In this document: positions 35,345-48,380 of the stretch, piece after piece
How positions within the stretch are numbered: the first letter of the stretch is position 1
How the letters are laid out: each line of letters starts with the position of its first letter
Source of the DNA: Takakia lepidozioides
Taxonomy: Eukaryota > Plantae > Bryophyta
Assembly (NCBI GenBank): GCA_030704615.1
Contig: CM060731.1
Coordinates: forward strand, 62,496,001-62,560,000
DNA: 64,000 nucleotides
Direction: 5' to 3'
Made by a program: the position numbers and the translations under genes
The notes under the pieces: model-generated
Databases searched by the model: none
What the model was told of the DNA's origin: nothing
The model's input: the letters and a program-made list of their open reading frames with translations, nothing else

Positions 35345-38194
35345 GGTGTCTTCTTCATTCTAGATTTCACTCGCGTTTTTTTTTTTTTTCCGTCTTGGTT
35401 TTGTGTGTGGCTGTCTGTGGCTTAGAGTTTTGAAACATTGAGCTTCTCTCGGTCCGTTTGTTATGGCATATCGTGGAGAGTCCTCAAGAAGACGTGGAAG
35501 AGGAGGCTCTTTCTTCAGAGGCAGAGGGCGAGGTCGCAACTGGAGTTTCCAGCATGGCTCCTCTGAGGATACGTCCTCCTCATTTCCTTCTTTGCTAGGC
35601 AGAGGCCCTGTCCAAGTTAACTCTTCGGCGCCCTGTCCAAGTTCGTTCTCCGCCTGGGCTTGTGGATATTGTTTCTTGGCCAGACTCGGCGGTCATGGTC
35701 GAGGAGGGAGACAAGGTCTGGCAGCTAAACATGGATACTATCAGGGGTCAAACCTCTAAGATGCAGAGTAGAGGAGTTCTACTGCATTTCCCTGGTAAAT
35801 TGAAATATCGCAATTGGGTGCGAGAGTGGGTAATCGAGCATCTGGGGGGCGATGGACAGCTTAACCAACTTTTTTGCATGCCAATGGGCAGAGGATTGTT
35901 TGCTGTGATGTTTGAGTCTCAGGTAGCTACGGCCAAGGCGTTGGCCTTCAATCCACACATGTCTCGACACAAGGTGCACATATTTCCATGTTCCCAAGAC
36001 TGGGGACATAAGAATGGAGTTACATGTCGCTCCCGCACCATTTCGCTCCCGTATCTTCCTTGCCAATATTTGGATTCACTCCCTGAGATCGGGGCTGGGT
36101 TTAGAGACTACTTAGGTTGTCTCAGTGTCTTTGATCCGGAAGCGAGTAACGCTATGGTGGCCGAGATGACAGGTTGGGGTCCTTTGTCGAACATCAGCCT
36201 CATTGGAGACACTGGAGCTCCTAAGATTGTGGTATTAATGCCTGAGTGGGCTGCAGTCCCAAAAGTGATCAAGTTGCCCTCCTGGTTTGCCCTTTCATCT
36301 CTGTGGCAGTGTTCGAGGAGCAACTTTATATGGTTTGCCAGGCCTGCAATGGTGTTGGGCATTTTAAGGCAGATTGCCTTGTGATTAAAAGGAAACAAGA
36401 GGCCAGTGAGGTGGAGACTGTTCCTATGGTTCCGATGGTTCAAGTGTCAATTCCTTCCCATTCTCTCTTAACATCTCCAAGGCTTCTCCCTCCTCCCCAA
36501 TGCTCACCCTGGCTATCACGCATCTAGCTGTCTCTTCTTCTTCTCCTGAGGGTCAGGCAAAAAAGAAACTATGTACTCCCAACCTCTCTCCTGCACGGGC
36601 TAGAGTAGTTCGTAGAGATGGGAGTATGGTTTCCCCGGGGGCGGCTAAAGTAGCGCTTATTCAAAAATGCTATCCTTCCTCTGGTTTTCTCTATCGACCG
36701 GTATTGGGACTCACCCTCGAGCTTCAATGATAACGTGGCAGCAAGATGTCTTCGTCTTCATTCTTTCAATCATCTTTGCCTCGCTTCGCCAATGCTTAGG
36801 TCACACATGACGGCTTGTTGGAGTTTTCAGATCCATCTCAGGAGGTGCAGTTGATCGTGACAAAAATTCAGTCTCTTTTCTTGGCGGAGGTCACTTACCT
36901 GTCTCTCCAATCTGGTTCCCATGCTCACTTTGGATCTTACCTGACGGATAATTGCAAACATTCCTCTTTCTCAACAGTCCAAGTGCTGGTGGTCCTTGAG
37001 CACAAGGATGTTCTGACTGATGACAGCTGGGGAGGTTGTTGGTCGAATGGTAGTGTTATCCCCAATGACTGTGGAGCTAACATGGATTTTGAAGAGCAGG
37101 ACTCGGCCACCTCGGCTTTGGTGGCTGCTTGTTTGATCATTCAGGCCATCCTTGAGAAGAAGGAGCAAGCTCGCAGATCCTTAAAGGGTAAGCAAGTACT
37201 TGTGGATGATGGGTGTGAAGAGCTTAGCTCTCAGGGAGAAATTGGTGCTCATCTACTAAGGACAGTTTGCCCCCCTACCCCTGTTCTCCCCAGGCTTTGG
37301 TTCCATTTGGTCTACCTTCTCCCCTGTACGCAGATGTTCTGAGGGAAGGAAGACAGCTCTACTCGAGCAGTTTGATGAAGAACGAGCTCACCTTGGAATT
37401 CTGTGCAAACGCAAGGGAGACACAATCTCATGGACACCAAGACCTCCAATCGACTGGGGACTCTCCTAGTACTTAGGCTTTACCGGGATTCCTTGATGAT
37501 CGGGACATTAATTGGAGGCACAGGAAAAATCGAGACTCTAAAGCTTGAGCCCATCTCAACTTCGAATCGCTCAGGCCAGGTGTCTGCCTCTGGGCATGGC
37601 CAGCTATGGTTTTGCCTCTGATTTACTTTCCAGATGTTGTTGTATGGCTCTTCTTTTGTAGGTTATAAGGCTGTCGTCAGTTTTCAGATATACACCAGAT
37701 GAAGATAGGCCCTCTAGGCAGCTTTTAGCTCTCTTTCGGAGTTCAATTTTTTGCTCCTCTAGGCTAGCCGTGCAGGTCTGGAGCCCTTTCATTTCCTCTG
37801 CGGCTTTGTTTAAATTCCCATAGTGGTATGGCTGCTAGCCCTTCTTGCCTCTCTTGTTGGACCCTATTGGGGCCTCATTCTCTTCTTTCTTATAAACCAG
37901 TTTAGGGGCTAGAGCTGGACTCTGTTTTCTGTTTCTCCAGAAGATGCAGCTCTTCTGGTCCTTAGGTTGTTACTCTCTTCTTGTTAGGCAGTATGGCTTA
38001 TAGCTCGCTGGATTCCCGGTAAGCCATTTATGTGATTAGAGCTTAGCCCTAGGTGGTTGGTTCAAGGGTGCTACCCGATCGCTTGCGATGCATAGGCGAT
38101 GCATGCCTCATGGCTGCCTATCTTGGTTATTTTTTCCAAGACACCTTTTATTTAATATGAATTAAAGGGCCTCCGTCCCCTTTGTTATATATAT
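35345..38194 (+). mobile_element. ORF1-only (HAL1-like) non-autonomous LINE derivative
   Basis: 13-bp TSD ATATATTCAAGAA (35332-35344, 38195-38207) and a (TA)n tail. Degenerate ORF1 35463-37342 (RG-rich N-terminus, GVLLHFPGK, CQACNGVGHFKADC). No EN or RT motifs and no room for them. Confidence 0.8.
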
Positions 38195-38755
38195 ATATAT
38201 TCAAGAAACATTAACAAATTGAAAGTTTTATTAAGGTTGACATAGTATGTGATTGCGCAAGGCTTATGTCTTATAATGATTTTCTTGTTCACATATTGAC
38301 TGATAGTTACAGGTTATACAATATTTATACATATATGTACATATATACAACTTAAAAAACAAAATCTGTTTTGTCTAGTAATATGTAATTAAAAAAAAAT
38401 CTATATATGATTTCTTCTCAAAATAATCTCTTAATAAATTGCATATGCCTCATATGCCTCATTGTATACACATAAAGCAAATGGGAAATACATGGTTACA
38501 ATAAACATCTGTTATTTTAGATTATCATTGATATATTTGCGATTTCACACATCCAGGCTTAGTTACTAAGAAATCTTGCATGTCACTAAAACTTTTGATG
38601 CTTATAGAATTTGGGGTGAATAAATGTGAATGATATATATCTATACATATTTTTATCTATATATATAATCATTTATTTAAATAATATCCTAGATGTATCA
38701 GTAAAATATTATTGTAATATATATAAATAAAACTTATTTATACAATTATTTCATC

Positions 38756-41700
38756 ATGTGGACAAAGCATATGGGTGTGGAATCATCCACTCGGCGGAGT
38801 TTGTTATTATGCACAACGAAGATGATATTCTTTTTCTTGGTTGTTTCTGTTGTAATCTTGTTGTGGATCAAGCTTTATAAGCAATCATTTCATTCACCAC
38901 ATCAGGCTATGCACAACAACATTATCTACACAGTATATCGCAAACACACATCGCAGAAGTTTCATATAACTGAAAACAGATATATGCACCATAAAATATT
39001 AATGCATCCAAAAAATGATTCAATAGAATGGGTCTCCACTTATCGATTCCATACGGTTAAGCATTATATTAAAATGAAATTAGCTGGATCAGTGGTAAAC
39101 CTATTCCTTGATACTGGCAGCCAGCACACATGGATAAATTGTCATTTACCCGTTACACTCCCAGACGAACTTTTTCCGGATGATTATGCAAATGTATCTT
39201 GTTCAAAGGTTATCTTATAACTATTTGGATTCATTCTTTTCTAGTTATCTTTCATTTGTTTGCGTATGCAACCTTTAAACCCTCTATAAATATGATACAT
39301 GTCTTACCATGTTTATTAAAATAACCAGGACAATGCACTTGTCCAAACCTCTTCGAAGGACTTGAAAGTCCTGGCTAGGTATCCACCTCATTAGATAAAA
39401 CATAGAATGGCTATGTAATTGTGAACCCACGACCATAATTGTGTTCATTTAAGTTTAAGCAAATCATTTGTACTTGAATTCGCGTAACCTTCTTGATCCA
39501 ATTCCTTGCAAGCTGCATGAGTACTGTATTGACATAAAATAGGTGTGTGAAAACATGTTAACATTTTGCAATATTCATTGTTGATGTATTTTCAGTCATG
39601 TATCATGCATGCAGATTTTTACTCATGTATGCTTTTAAAGTGTATTTAAAACTGAATAGTTCTTCTACATACACAAAATCTAACATGCATTGACATAAGA
39701 AACCTCCAACAGACAACCCAATGGTTAGGCGTGCAAGGATGCCTTATATAAGCAATCCTTCAATATATAGATGTCATCCATCATAGCCAACCTAGCCACT
39801 TAAAAAAGGGGTCACTGGTCAACCAGTTATGTAAGCATGTAGGTACATGGGATTTTGAGTCCTAGAGTTCTCCACCTTCTAGTAGTCTTTTATGGGGTGA
39901 TTCAGCGACACAAAAACTTATGTGTGCTTAAAAAAGAGCCAGCAATTTTTTTCTTTCTTCACGGAAGATCGATAATCATCAGCAAGAGTTTATTGAAAAA
40001 ATCATGATACCATATTATTTTTTAAAGTGTTATTAATGAATTAAAAAGTTTAATTCATATCATTCATCCAATTGTATTGAGTGAATGTCTTGAAATAATT
40101 TAGTACAGTTTTTGAGATGACAAAATGTTTTTTTAATAGCAAGTCCATAGATACTATGTGGAACGTCTACAATAAATATTTCCACCGACAACCAAGTTGT
40201 AGCCCAGTGGTAATGGGCACATACAGAAGTGGTTCAATCCACCATTTGGTGTCACAAAGGTGTCCACCTTCCCGCCGGAAGGCAGTAGCCCTTCAGGCTC
40301 AAGAGACACCTTAATTTATCTTAATTTACGCTTCCTTCGGAAGGTATATTATATTATATTATTATTTCCCCATTTTTTTAATTCTGATTTTTTGGAATGT
40401 TGAACTCATTGTCAATTTTTTGTTTGTAGAAGTGGATAAGTCCAAATGAAGCCTACTCCTTGATATGTAACAACATTTGGTGAATGAATAATTTGTGATA
40501 TTGGAATTTTATAAATTTTACTTTTATTTTTTTATAAGTAGATAAGCCTACTAAATGAACCTACATTTTGACATGTATCTAGGATGTACACACACATATA
40601 TATATATATAATGATCTATTTATAGTTTGATTATTCTTATGATATTTAATTTGTTATCATAAATTTAAATTGTTTATAAAAGTATAGCTATATTAACTAT
40701 TAACATAATTGAATGTGTATTTTCTAAAATAAAATATTTTAGATTATTGCAAGGGAGGGAAAAATAAAACCCTCCAGTGAAGCAACACACCACATGTGGC
40801 AAGGGATGAGCCAAAAGCCGAGAACTCTAGATCAGCAATATTTTTCAGGTCTAGAGTTAGGTAATCTTAAAGTCATAATTTTAGTTGTACATTTTAATAT
40901 CCAGGGAGCAAATGGAATATATTATGCTGTATATGAAGATCTGATGAATTGTAAAGAACAACTGCGATGTATGCCTAAAAGAAAATGTAAACGCAAATTT
41001 CATTGGTTATGTTACTTTTTGATCGAGTATATGGATTCTTCATTTGTATATGGTGCATTCGTGGGACAAAAACTTGCATTTAGACTTACTGATGCTAATC
41101 GAGTATCCTCTGAGATGTCAGCAACAATCGTGTTTGGGTAAAATATTTTAATTACATTGACAATAATTAATGTTCGAACATCAATAATTTTTTTTGGAAA
41201 TGTTACTAATTATTGTAGGCTCTCATTTAAGATATCAACGTCTTCAATACGCCTATGGGCCCCGCCAGTACGGCCCATGGTGTCAGCTCATACGCCCACT
41301 GCCCATCCACCGGTTCTGCTGGAGGGTCCATTGGATAGTTTAGTATGTAGGTGGCAATGTTTTTTTCTTACATAAAGTATGTACTGGTAATGCACATAAA
41401 ACATTATTTATTTCTAAGGTTTGCCTAGGGAGTGGGTAGTGTGGCAGCTAAGAGCAATGAATAACAAGCATGAGGTTTGGTGTTCAATTCTTGTTAGGTG
41501 GTAATGGGCTCTGGTAATGTGTATATATTTTGTATAATGGTTCTTTCTAAGTCTTGTTCTTCTACGGCGGCGGGCCTTCCAACGGACTGGACAGACCCTT
41601 CACTGGATTGGGCAGGCGGCAAACCTTCCAGCTGGGCAGACCATCTAGCAGAGTGGGCATGTGGATTCACAATCCACTCTGCACGTACCCTCTAGCGGAC

Positions 41701-44700
41701 TTGCAGAGTGGACTAGACTGCAGAGTGGACCCTCTCAATGGACTCTGGGTCCATCGGGCTTTGCAGAGTCGGTGGACCCTCTAGCCAGTGTTTTTTTTTT
41801 CTAGCAAAACAATCGCCAAATTTCGACCTGGAAAATGGGTCAGCTACCTGTGCAAAGGAATTACGGGGGGATAAAATCCAAAACTTTCGCCAAAAAGCAC
41901 CAGTAGTTGAAAATTAGGAGCCTAATTCTGCATACGTGGACCAGTTAAAGTTTGCCACCTGGAATATAGCCACTTTTCTAGCCTTGCCACCTCGTTATTC
42001 TTGCCACATGGGCATTGGATAGATTTAACATGTGGCCCGCCAATGATTTTCGAAAAATGAGTAATTTTATGGGCCACAGTAGACCTGCTTGCCCGGTAGA
42101 CCCACCAGCAGACCTTCTTGCCCGACAGACCCGCAGACAGGGCGCTCCCACCCTTCACGACCCTCTTTGCTACACATGGGCCCGCCGCATGCACACGAGA
42201 GTGCGCATTGAAGACGCTACTCTCTTTCAATGAGAAGCTAACTATGTCATAAACAACATATATTATTATTACACTTACACTATGTAATTTAAAATGATCA
42301 GGTGTGGTCGTAAGTCCCGAATTGGTTTAAATACACTACTGGATGGATTGTTGGGTTTAAGCAACAATGTATATTCAATGCATGCACAATTGCAACAGGC
42401 CGGTATTATTGACAAAGTGGTGGCTGATTGTTTCGATATAAATGATGATTATCTCAATAATTTTAAAGATCATCCTGCAGATTATTTGATATTAGGATTT
42501 CCTAATATTGACTTTGGTAAGCAACACATTATGTGGACAAACCAATACAGACCAAGGTCAGTAAACTGAATTATATCAATTGACAATATTGGAATAGAGC
42601 AGCTTGTGGGGAAAACATTAAAGATACAAGCAAACCATACTCATGAATTTAAATTGTAAAGCCTTGAATGATTGTTGATCATTTGTTAGAATCTTTCTAA
42701 TTTTATTCTAAGTATCAGTTTATTAGACTTCTGATTATGACAATGGAGTATTTGGTACGTCTCAACTTGAATTTGAGCATAATTTTAAGCCTAAGCCCAA
42801 GGCCACCTAGTCGAGCATTGAAGAATGAATTCCACAAGTCTCTATGTTGGGTGTCACCCAATATAACCAACGTCCCCACAAAAAAAAGTTGTAGGATGAA
42901 CCAATATATAATTTCCATCCTTAGAGGGGATTACCTTCTTGTGAGTAGTATCATAATGAATCCTTCCCATGCCTTTAACCAAGAATAAACTGAATATGAA
43001 TTGAGTTCTTTTAAGCCACACAACTTAAATGCATTTAAGAACATTGAACAGTATATTATACTCATATATCTGATTTTAATGTTAGATGAAATTTATTATA
43101 AATAATATAATATTAACAAGATTAATATCATGACAATCTGAAGATTAAGATTTATTTAAAACATTTCCAGAGAAAATGGTGTTGAAGAGTACTATGATTG
43201 AATTCTGCGAGATTTAATTTCATTTTGTGTCCATGAAGAAGAGCTACAGCAATGAATACTTTGCATTTGCTAAATAATGTTCTTAAAGTTTACATGTTAT
43301 GCTGACATAGTTGGAAAAAACTCACTATTGTATCATTAATATTTTTATTATATTTTATTCGTAAGTTATGTGTATAATATAGTGCGATAACTCGACCTTG
43401 AGTGTTGCAGTGTACGCGACTACATTGCATAGTATTTCATATGGAGAAAACCTGCTATTCAGAGGATCAGCAGTCACGCAATTTGATAGTGGATGTACCT
43501 TTACCAAACTCAAGTCACCATTCTATGACAATGATTGATCGTCAGCTATGCCATGTAAAGGACTAGAGACCACACGATGGTGAAAAATGGTTGTTTATTC
43601 TCATGATGCTCTCTGAAGTGCTCCTGGAAAGTTTTCAGTACATAAACATTTATCCCATTGGATGGGTGATTGTAATTTGGTGACCATTTTAGGTCCTCTA
43701 ATACAATAGGGTTCCCATAGTCAGATTTCAGTTCTATACAGATTGCAACATATTTAAATTAAAGATCAATTTTGAGAAGGATTGGGTCTGGTCAGTGATA
43801 AATGGGATCACTGATCAGTCTAGATCACTGATAAATGGGATAAATGGGGGTCACTCTGAGACATGTAACACGTCACGAGCAAACAAATGTTTGTACTGAA
43901 AAAGGAACTTTTTAATATATTTAGTTACATAAATATAAATACTGAAGGGGGTTAGTTTTTTAGTGAATTATAACTTACAGAAGGGGTATGTTTACGACAG
44001 TCACATGTCTGGTATTATTTTACTCCATTGTAAGACTTAAAACTAGCATTATTTGTTTCTTTGTATCACGGTATGAACTATAGAACTCCTATAGAAGGGT
44101 AAATTACGAGTATAATCTACATAAGGGGGTATTTTACCAACCTACTTTTTACAATATTACATACTTAGGCGATTTAAATTTTAAGACAATACATACATAT
44201 AGAACGGTTTTAAATTCACAAAAGTTATATTATATAGAATTTTTTCAATACCCCACGTTCGCAGGTGGTATAGGACATTTACAAAGAGTGACCAACCCCC
44301 CCCCCCCCCCAAGAACAGAACCTCAAAATGTATTCAAGTAGCACAATTTTATGTGGTGATCATAATGTACTAGTGCTTGAAAGGTAGAGCACTTGTTGAT
44401 AATGCAACAATGGGGGGTTTCCTAACTCTTGCATTGTAGTTGCAAGTTTACGTTTTAAATTTGAAAATATGGCTGAATTATATATTGATCCTTGTAGATT
44501 TTTTTTTCGAGATTTCGTAGACATAAGTATGTCTACTGACAATGATATATATATATATACACACACACACAAAGAAAGAAGAGGTTACTTGATCTATTTA
44601 ACTTGATCGTAAAGCAAATTTATTATTTATATTTATCACACTTCTGGATTGTACTAGGCTCCGCGATTTGGGCCATCCAAACTTTAGGAAAAACAGATTG

Positions 44701-45245
44701 ACTCCAGCTGTTCACCGAGGTAGAAATAACATCGTCATACCTATTCAAGTATCGCTAATCAATATTAATCCGAAATCCCGGCCAGATAATTCCACGTGGA
44801 AGAATTGATATGTTGAACTGATTTGTTCACATGAGGTTGAAGATACATTCAATTAAAATCTAATCTAATTATATATGTATATATATGTACATAGTTTTGC
44901 ATATATGTATATATATATGCATATATCCTGAAAGTTTATTTTACCCAAGAACATGATTAGACAGGCTTTACTTACACCAGGTTTTGAGTAGTGTTTTTAT
45001 TATTTTCCTATCCTCATAAACTATTCTTATCGTAAGCAAATGACGTGCAGTTGTTCCTAAACTTTAAAGGATCATATCGTGCACCCAGGCATCATGCTTA
45101 AAATTTGCTCAAATAACATAAAATCATATATTAATAGACGCACAATGGCTAACTAGCTTATATATGTATATGTATGTTCTTGTGCAGAGTAAAGGAGTGC
45201 GCCTTGGACTAGAGGGTAAAGCATATTCAGAAAATGTGATTGGCA
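38756..45245 (+). pseudogene. Multi-exon A1 (pepsin-like, nucellin/APCB1-type) aspartic protease gene, possibly a pseudogene
   Basis: Exon 1: N-terminal TM helix and HYIKMKLAG..LFLDTGSQHTWINC. Exon ~40904-41138: CYFLIEYMDSS..IVFG. Exon ~42302-42556: CG..DGLLGLS..VVADCF. Exon from ~43411: LHSISYG..QFDSGCTFTKL (second catalytic Asp, soon followed by a stop). Exon ~45188-45245: SKGVRLG..NVIG. GT-AG borders visible. Confidence 0.7.
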
Positions 45246-45899
45246 AGATTGGTGGTACTTTCAACATCTTTAGGGCTCTGCCCCTTTTACAATTAAAAAT
45301 AACTTGAATGTACTCTAACTATATATAAACAAGTAACATGGTTTTGCATTTTTGATAAATAATAATCCTAAATAATAATAATCTCCTCAACTAGTTCACG
45401 AAGGAGTTCACCTCCTGCTGAATGGTTTCTCATCCTACTGGATGGTATTTCTTTTCATATTTGTCTCTTGGCTCGTCCTAACCATGTTGGTGTGTATGCT
45501 TTATGGGCCCACGGGGATTTTATTTTTTTCCCCATCATCAATAAATATCGAGGGCTTCCATCCTTTTCAAAAATAATAAAAATAATAATGATAATAATAA
45601 TATGATCTATCATATATATTCAAGACTGGATACAAACATTCCGATCACATATTTGTAATGTTATGTTTTATATTTATCGTTATATAATCATGCATTTTAG
45701 TTACACATATATTCAAAGTAAGAAACAATATGATTTTTTGAAATGGATTGATTGACAGCCATATCGATGGCGGGCTATTTGTTCATATATGATAATACAA
45801 ATGACCGCATTGGATGGATGGATAGTCCATCTTGTGACCATATTACACAACGAAATGGGAATCCAAAAGGAATAAACTCTCAGGGGAACCACAAGCAAC

Positions 45900-47378
45900 T
45901 TGGTGGATAACAGCCTTATGCAGGTCTGGTTAGCACAAGGGCCAGTAGAGGGCAAAGCACCACGAAAGCTCACCCAAAGCGAGATGAATGAGCTCAAGTT
46001 GCAGATGCAAAACATTGCCACAACTACTATAGACAATGTCTATAGTAGGATAGCAGAGTTACAAGAGGATGTAGACGGACTGCAGACTCAAGTGGAAGAC
46101 CTCACTTCAAACATCGACAAAAGAGTCTATATCCCTCAGGAACAGCTAATGGCTTCTTATTTACAAGCCAGAACTTTGGCTTTTCAGTCTTCACAGGAGG
46201 TGCATGAGATGCCAATGATACAAGAGCCAGTACCACCACCACCACAACAAGTCACTGTACCAGTAGCTGAACCTGTGGTTACTACAACCACACCACAGCC
46301 ACCACAGCCGGAGGTATGGGGCAATGCCGCTTTTAACCCACCTAAAACTCCAGCTGCAAGGGAGTACAGTATGGCTATGATTATGCCCTTCAACCAAATT
46401 CCCATCATGTTGGATTTGGCTTGGAAAGAATTTAGTCCTCCGCAGTCATTCGCACATTACTACCAAATCATGCGTATTTGGCTGCCAGTGGCAACTAGGA
46501 CTAAAGTTCTTCCGAACAATCGACATGTTGAAGATCATCACTTTGCACAATACTGGCACGAGGCAGGTACCATGTTGAGGGAATTGATTGCTTTCCAGGT
46601 TGTACATGGACTCATTTATACCAAGACCAAGGAGGTAGCAAGTATTGTCATGGGATGCGGGTTATACTACGCTGCTTGTTTTCTGGTACGTTACCACATT
46701 GAGCAACAAAAGATGCAAACACGCTTTCTGAGTTATTCCAGTGGAGATCATTGGGTATTACCTTCGGTGCCACCTCATATGTATCTATATGACCCAAAAG
46801 TTATGATGCAAAAGGATTCTCAAATTCGTTCATGGTTTCAAGCGGTCTGGAACCATTTGTCAACACAGAAATTCGGCATTGATGACATTTTCTATAAGGG
46901 ACATGTGGCATGGAAATACTTACACGCTGCACCAGTAATTGGTACCCCACTCACCTGGACAGACAATGAGCTCAGTGTCTACACCAATTTTGCTGTTCAG
47001 CGGTTACACCAAGTTGTAAAATACAAACTTCCAGACATGGTAGGACAGCATTGTATGCCCCAGATGCTTCCACAAAAAGTTCGAAAATTAAAACACCTGA
47101 GAGGCGATGAGGATTCTGATACAACTGTTTCTTCACCGAATTCTTTTGACATGGGAGAAGACTATGCAGTTCAGATGGCAGAGAAGAAGCGACGGGGGTC
47201 TCCTATGCCGGAAAGGTTACCTCGATATCAGCCTCCAGATGGCCTCACTTATCCAGGTAGTGATCAACCATCTCCGTCAACCACAGACAGACCTCAGGCT
47301 CGTACACACAGTCCGCCACGAAACTCTCAACGTCAAAAAGGTGCTCACTCACAAAGGTTTGCTAGTCGAAATCAGTAA
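45900..47378 (+). CDS. Hypothetical 492-aa protein (coiled coil, Pro-rich linker, unknown globular domain) at the 3' end of an LTR element
   Basis: Uninterrupted intronless ORF; first in-frame ATG at 45918; stop ~20 bp before a PPT. No family recognised. Confidence 0.65.
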   Translation: MVDNSLMQVWLAQGPVEGKAPRKLTQSEMNELKLQMQNIATTTIDNVYSRIAELQEDVDGLQTQVEDLTSNIDKRVYIPQEQLMASYLQARTLAFQSSQEVHEMPMIQEPVPPPPQQVTVPVAEPVVTTTTPQPPQPEVWGNAAFNPPKTPAAREYSMAMIMPFNQIPIMLDLAWKEFSPPQSFAHYYQIMRIWLPVATRTKVLPNNRHVEDHHFAQYWHEAGTMLRELIAFQVVHGLIYTKTKEVASIVMGCGLYYAACFLVRYHIEQQKMQTRFLSYSSGDHWVLPSVPPHMYLYDPKVMMQKDSQIRSWFQAVWNHLSTQKFGIDDIFYKGHVAWKYLHAAPVIGTPLTWTDNELSVYTNFAVQRLHQVVKYKLPDMVGQHCMPQMLPQKVRKLKHLRGDEDSDTTVSSPNSFDMGEDYAVQMAEKKRRGSPMPERLPRYQPPDGLTYPGSDQPSPSTTDRPQARTHSPPRNSQRQKGAHSQRFASRNQ

Positions 47379-47415
47379 ACCGTGAGGACACGGCTTTTTG
47401 AGGGGGAAGGGGTAA

Positions 47416-48380
47416 TGTTAGAGGACTGTCGGGGACTTAGACACTTATACGGGATCTGTAGGGTACCCTTAGGGGTTGTAGAGGGGGGTTACACAGCCCG
47501 TCACAGCCGTCACAGTCGTCACAGCAGTCACAGCCGACACAGCCGACACAGCCAACACAGCCCGTCACAGCCGACACAGCCGACACAGCCAACACAGTCC
47601 GTCACAGCAGACACAGTCGTCACAGCCAACACAGCCCGTCACAGTCGTCACAGCCGACACAGCCCGGCACAGCCACACAGCCAGTCACAGCCCGACACAG
47701 CCAAAACACAGTCGCACAGTCAGTCACAGCCCGTCACAGTTTCACACAGCCAACACAGCCCGTCACAGTCGTCACAGCCGACACAGCACAGCCACACAGC
47801 CAGTCACAGCCCGCACAGCCACACAGCCAGTCACAGCCCGACACAGCCAAACACAGTCGCACAGCCAGTCACAGCCCGTCACAGTTTCACACAGCCAGTC
47901 ACAGCTTGACACAGCTGTCACGATCATAGGGAACGAAGAGTAGGACAGGGAACGACTGTGGGGAACAACACCTGCGAAGGGAACATGTTAGTTCACAGAC
48001 GACGGTTAGTGAGGGAAACGGTTAGAACCACGGATAGGAAGATAAAGGGAGAAACGGGGAATGGAGGGATATCATTCGGAGGAGGACTTCTTGGTCATGG
48101 AGGAGAGGGGATCGGGCAGAGATGAAGAACGGAAGTGAAGATAGAGAGATGATGAGTAGATGCTTGATATATGCAAGGCTGTAATGATATTGTAGAGTAG
48201 ATTAGAGACACAATGGCTTCGGCCTGATACCTGATAAATCATAATCAGATACTTTTACGATACAATCACACTGTGTAGAGAGATCTGAGTGAAGCTGTGG
48301 AATGAATGGATGAGTTGATGGAATCCAATAGATTGATAAAGCAAACTGATACTTAATTATCAATGGTAAGATAGCTAACA
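47416..48380 (+). mobile_element. Putative 3' LTR of a second LTR retroelement
   Basis: PPT GAGGGGGAAGGGG (47400-47412), then TGTTAG...CTAACA (6-bp terminal inverted repeat). No partner LTR seen. Confidence 0.6.
47490..47920. repeat. CACAGCC/CACAGTC minisatellite within the LTR
   Basis: About 40 degenerate 9-11-bp units. Confidence 0.9.

Noticed and set aside
40195-40245. tRNA gene (A box TAGCCCAGTGG, B box GGTTCAATCC); similar signal at ~41430-41495
   Set aside because: No cloverleaf can be folded; at most decayed tRNA-derived SINE heads.
43750-44280. Possible small Helitron
   Set aside because: Only a degenerate 3' hairpin-like sequence; no clear TC start or CTRR end.
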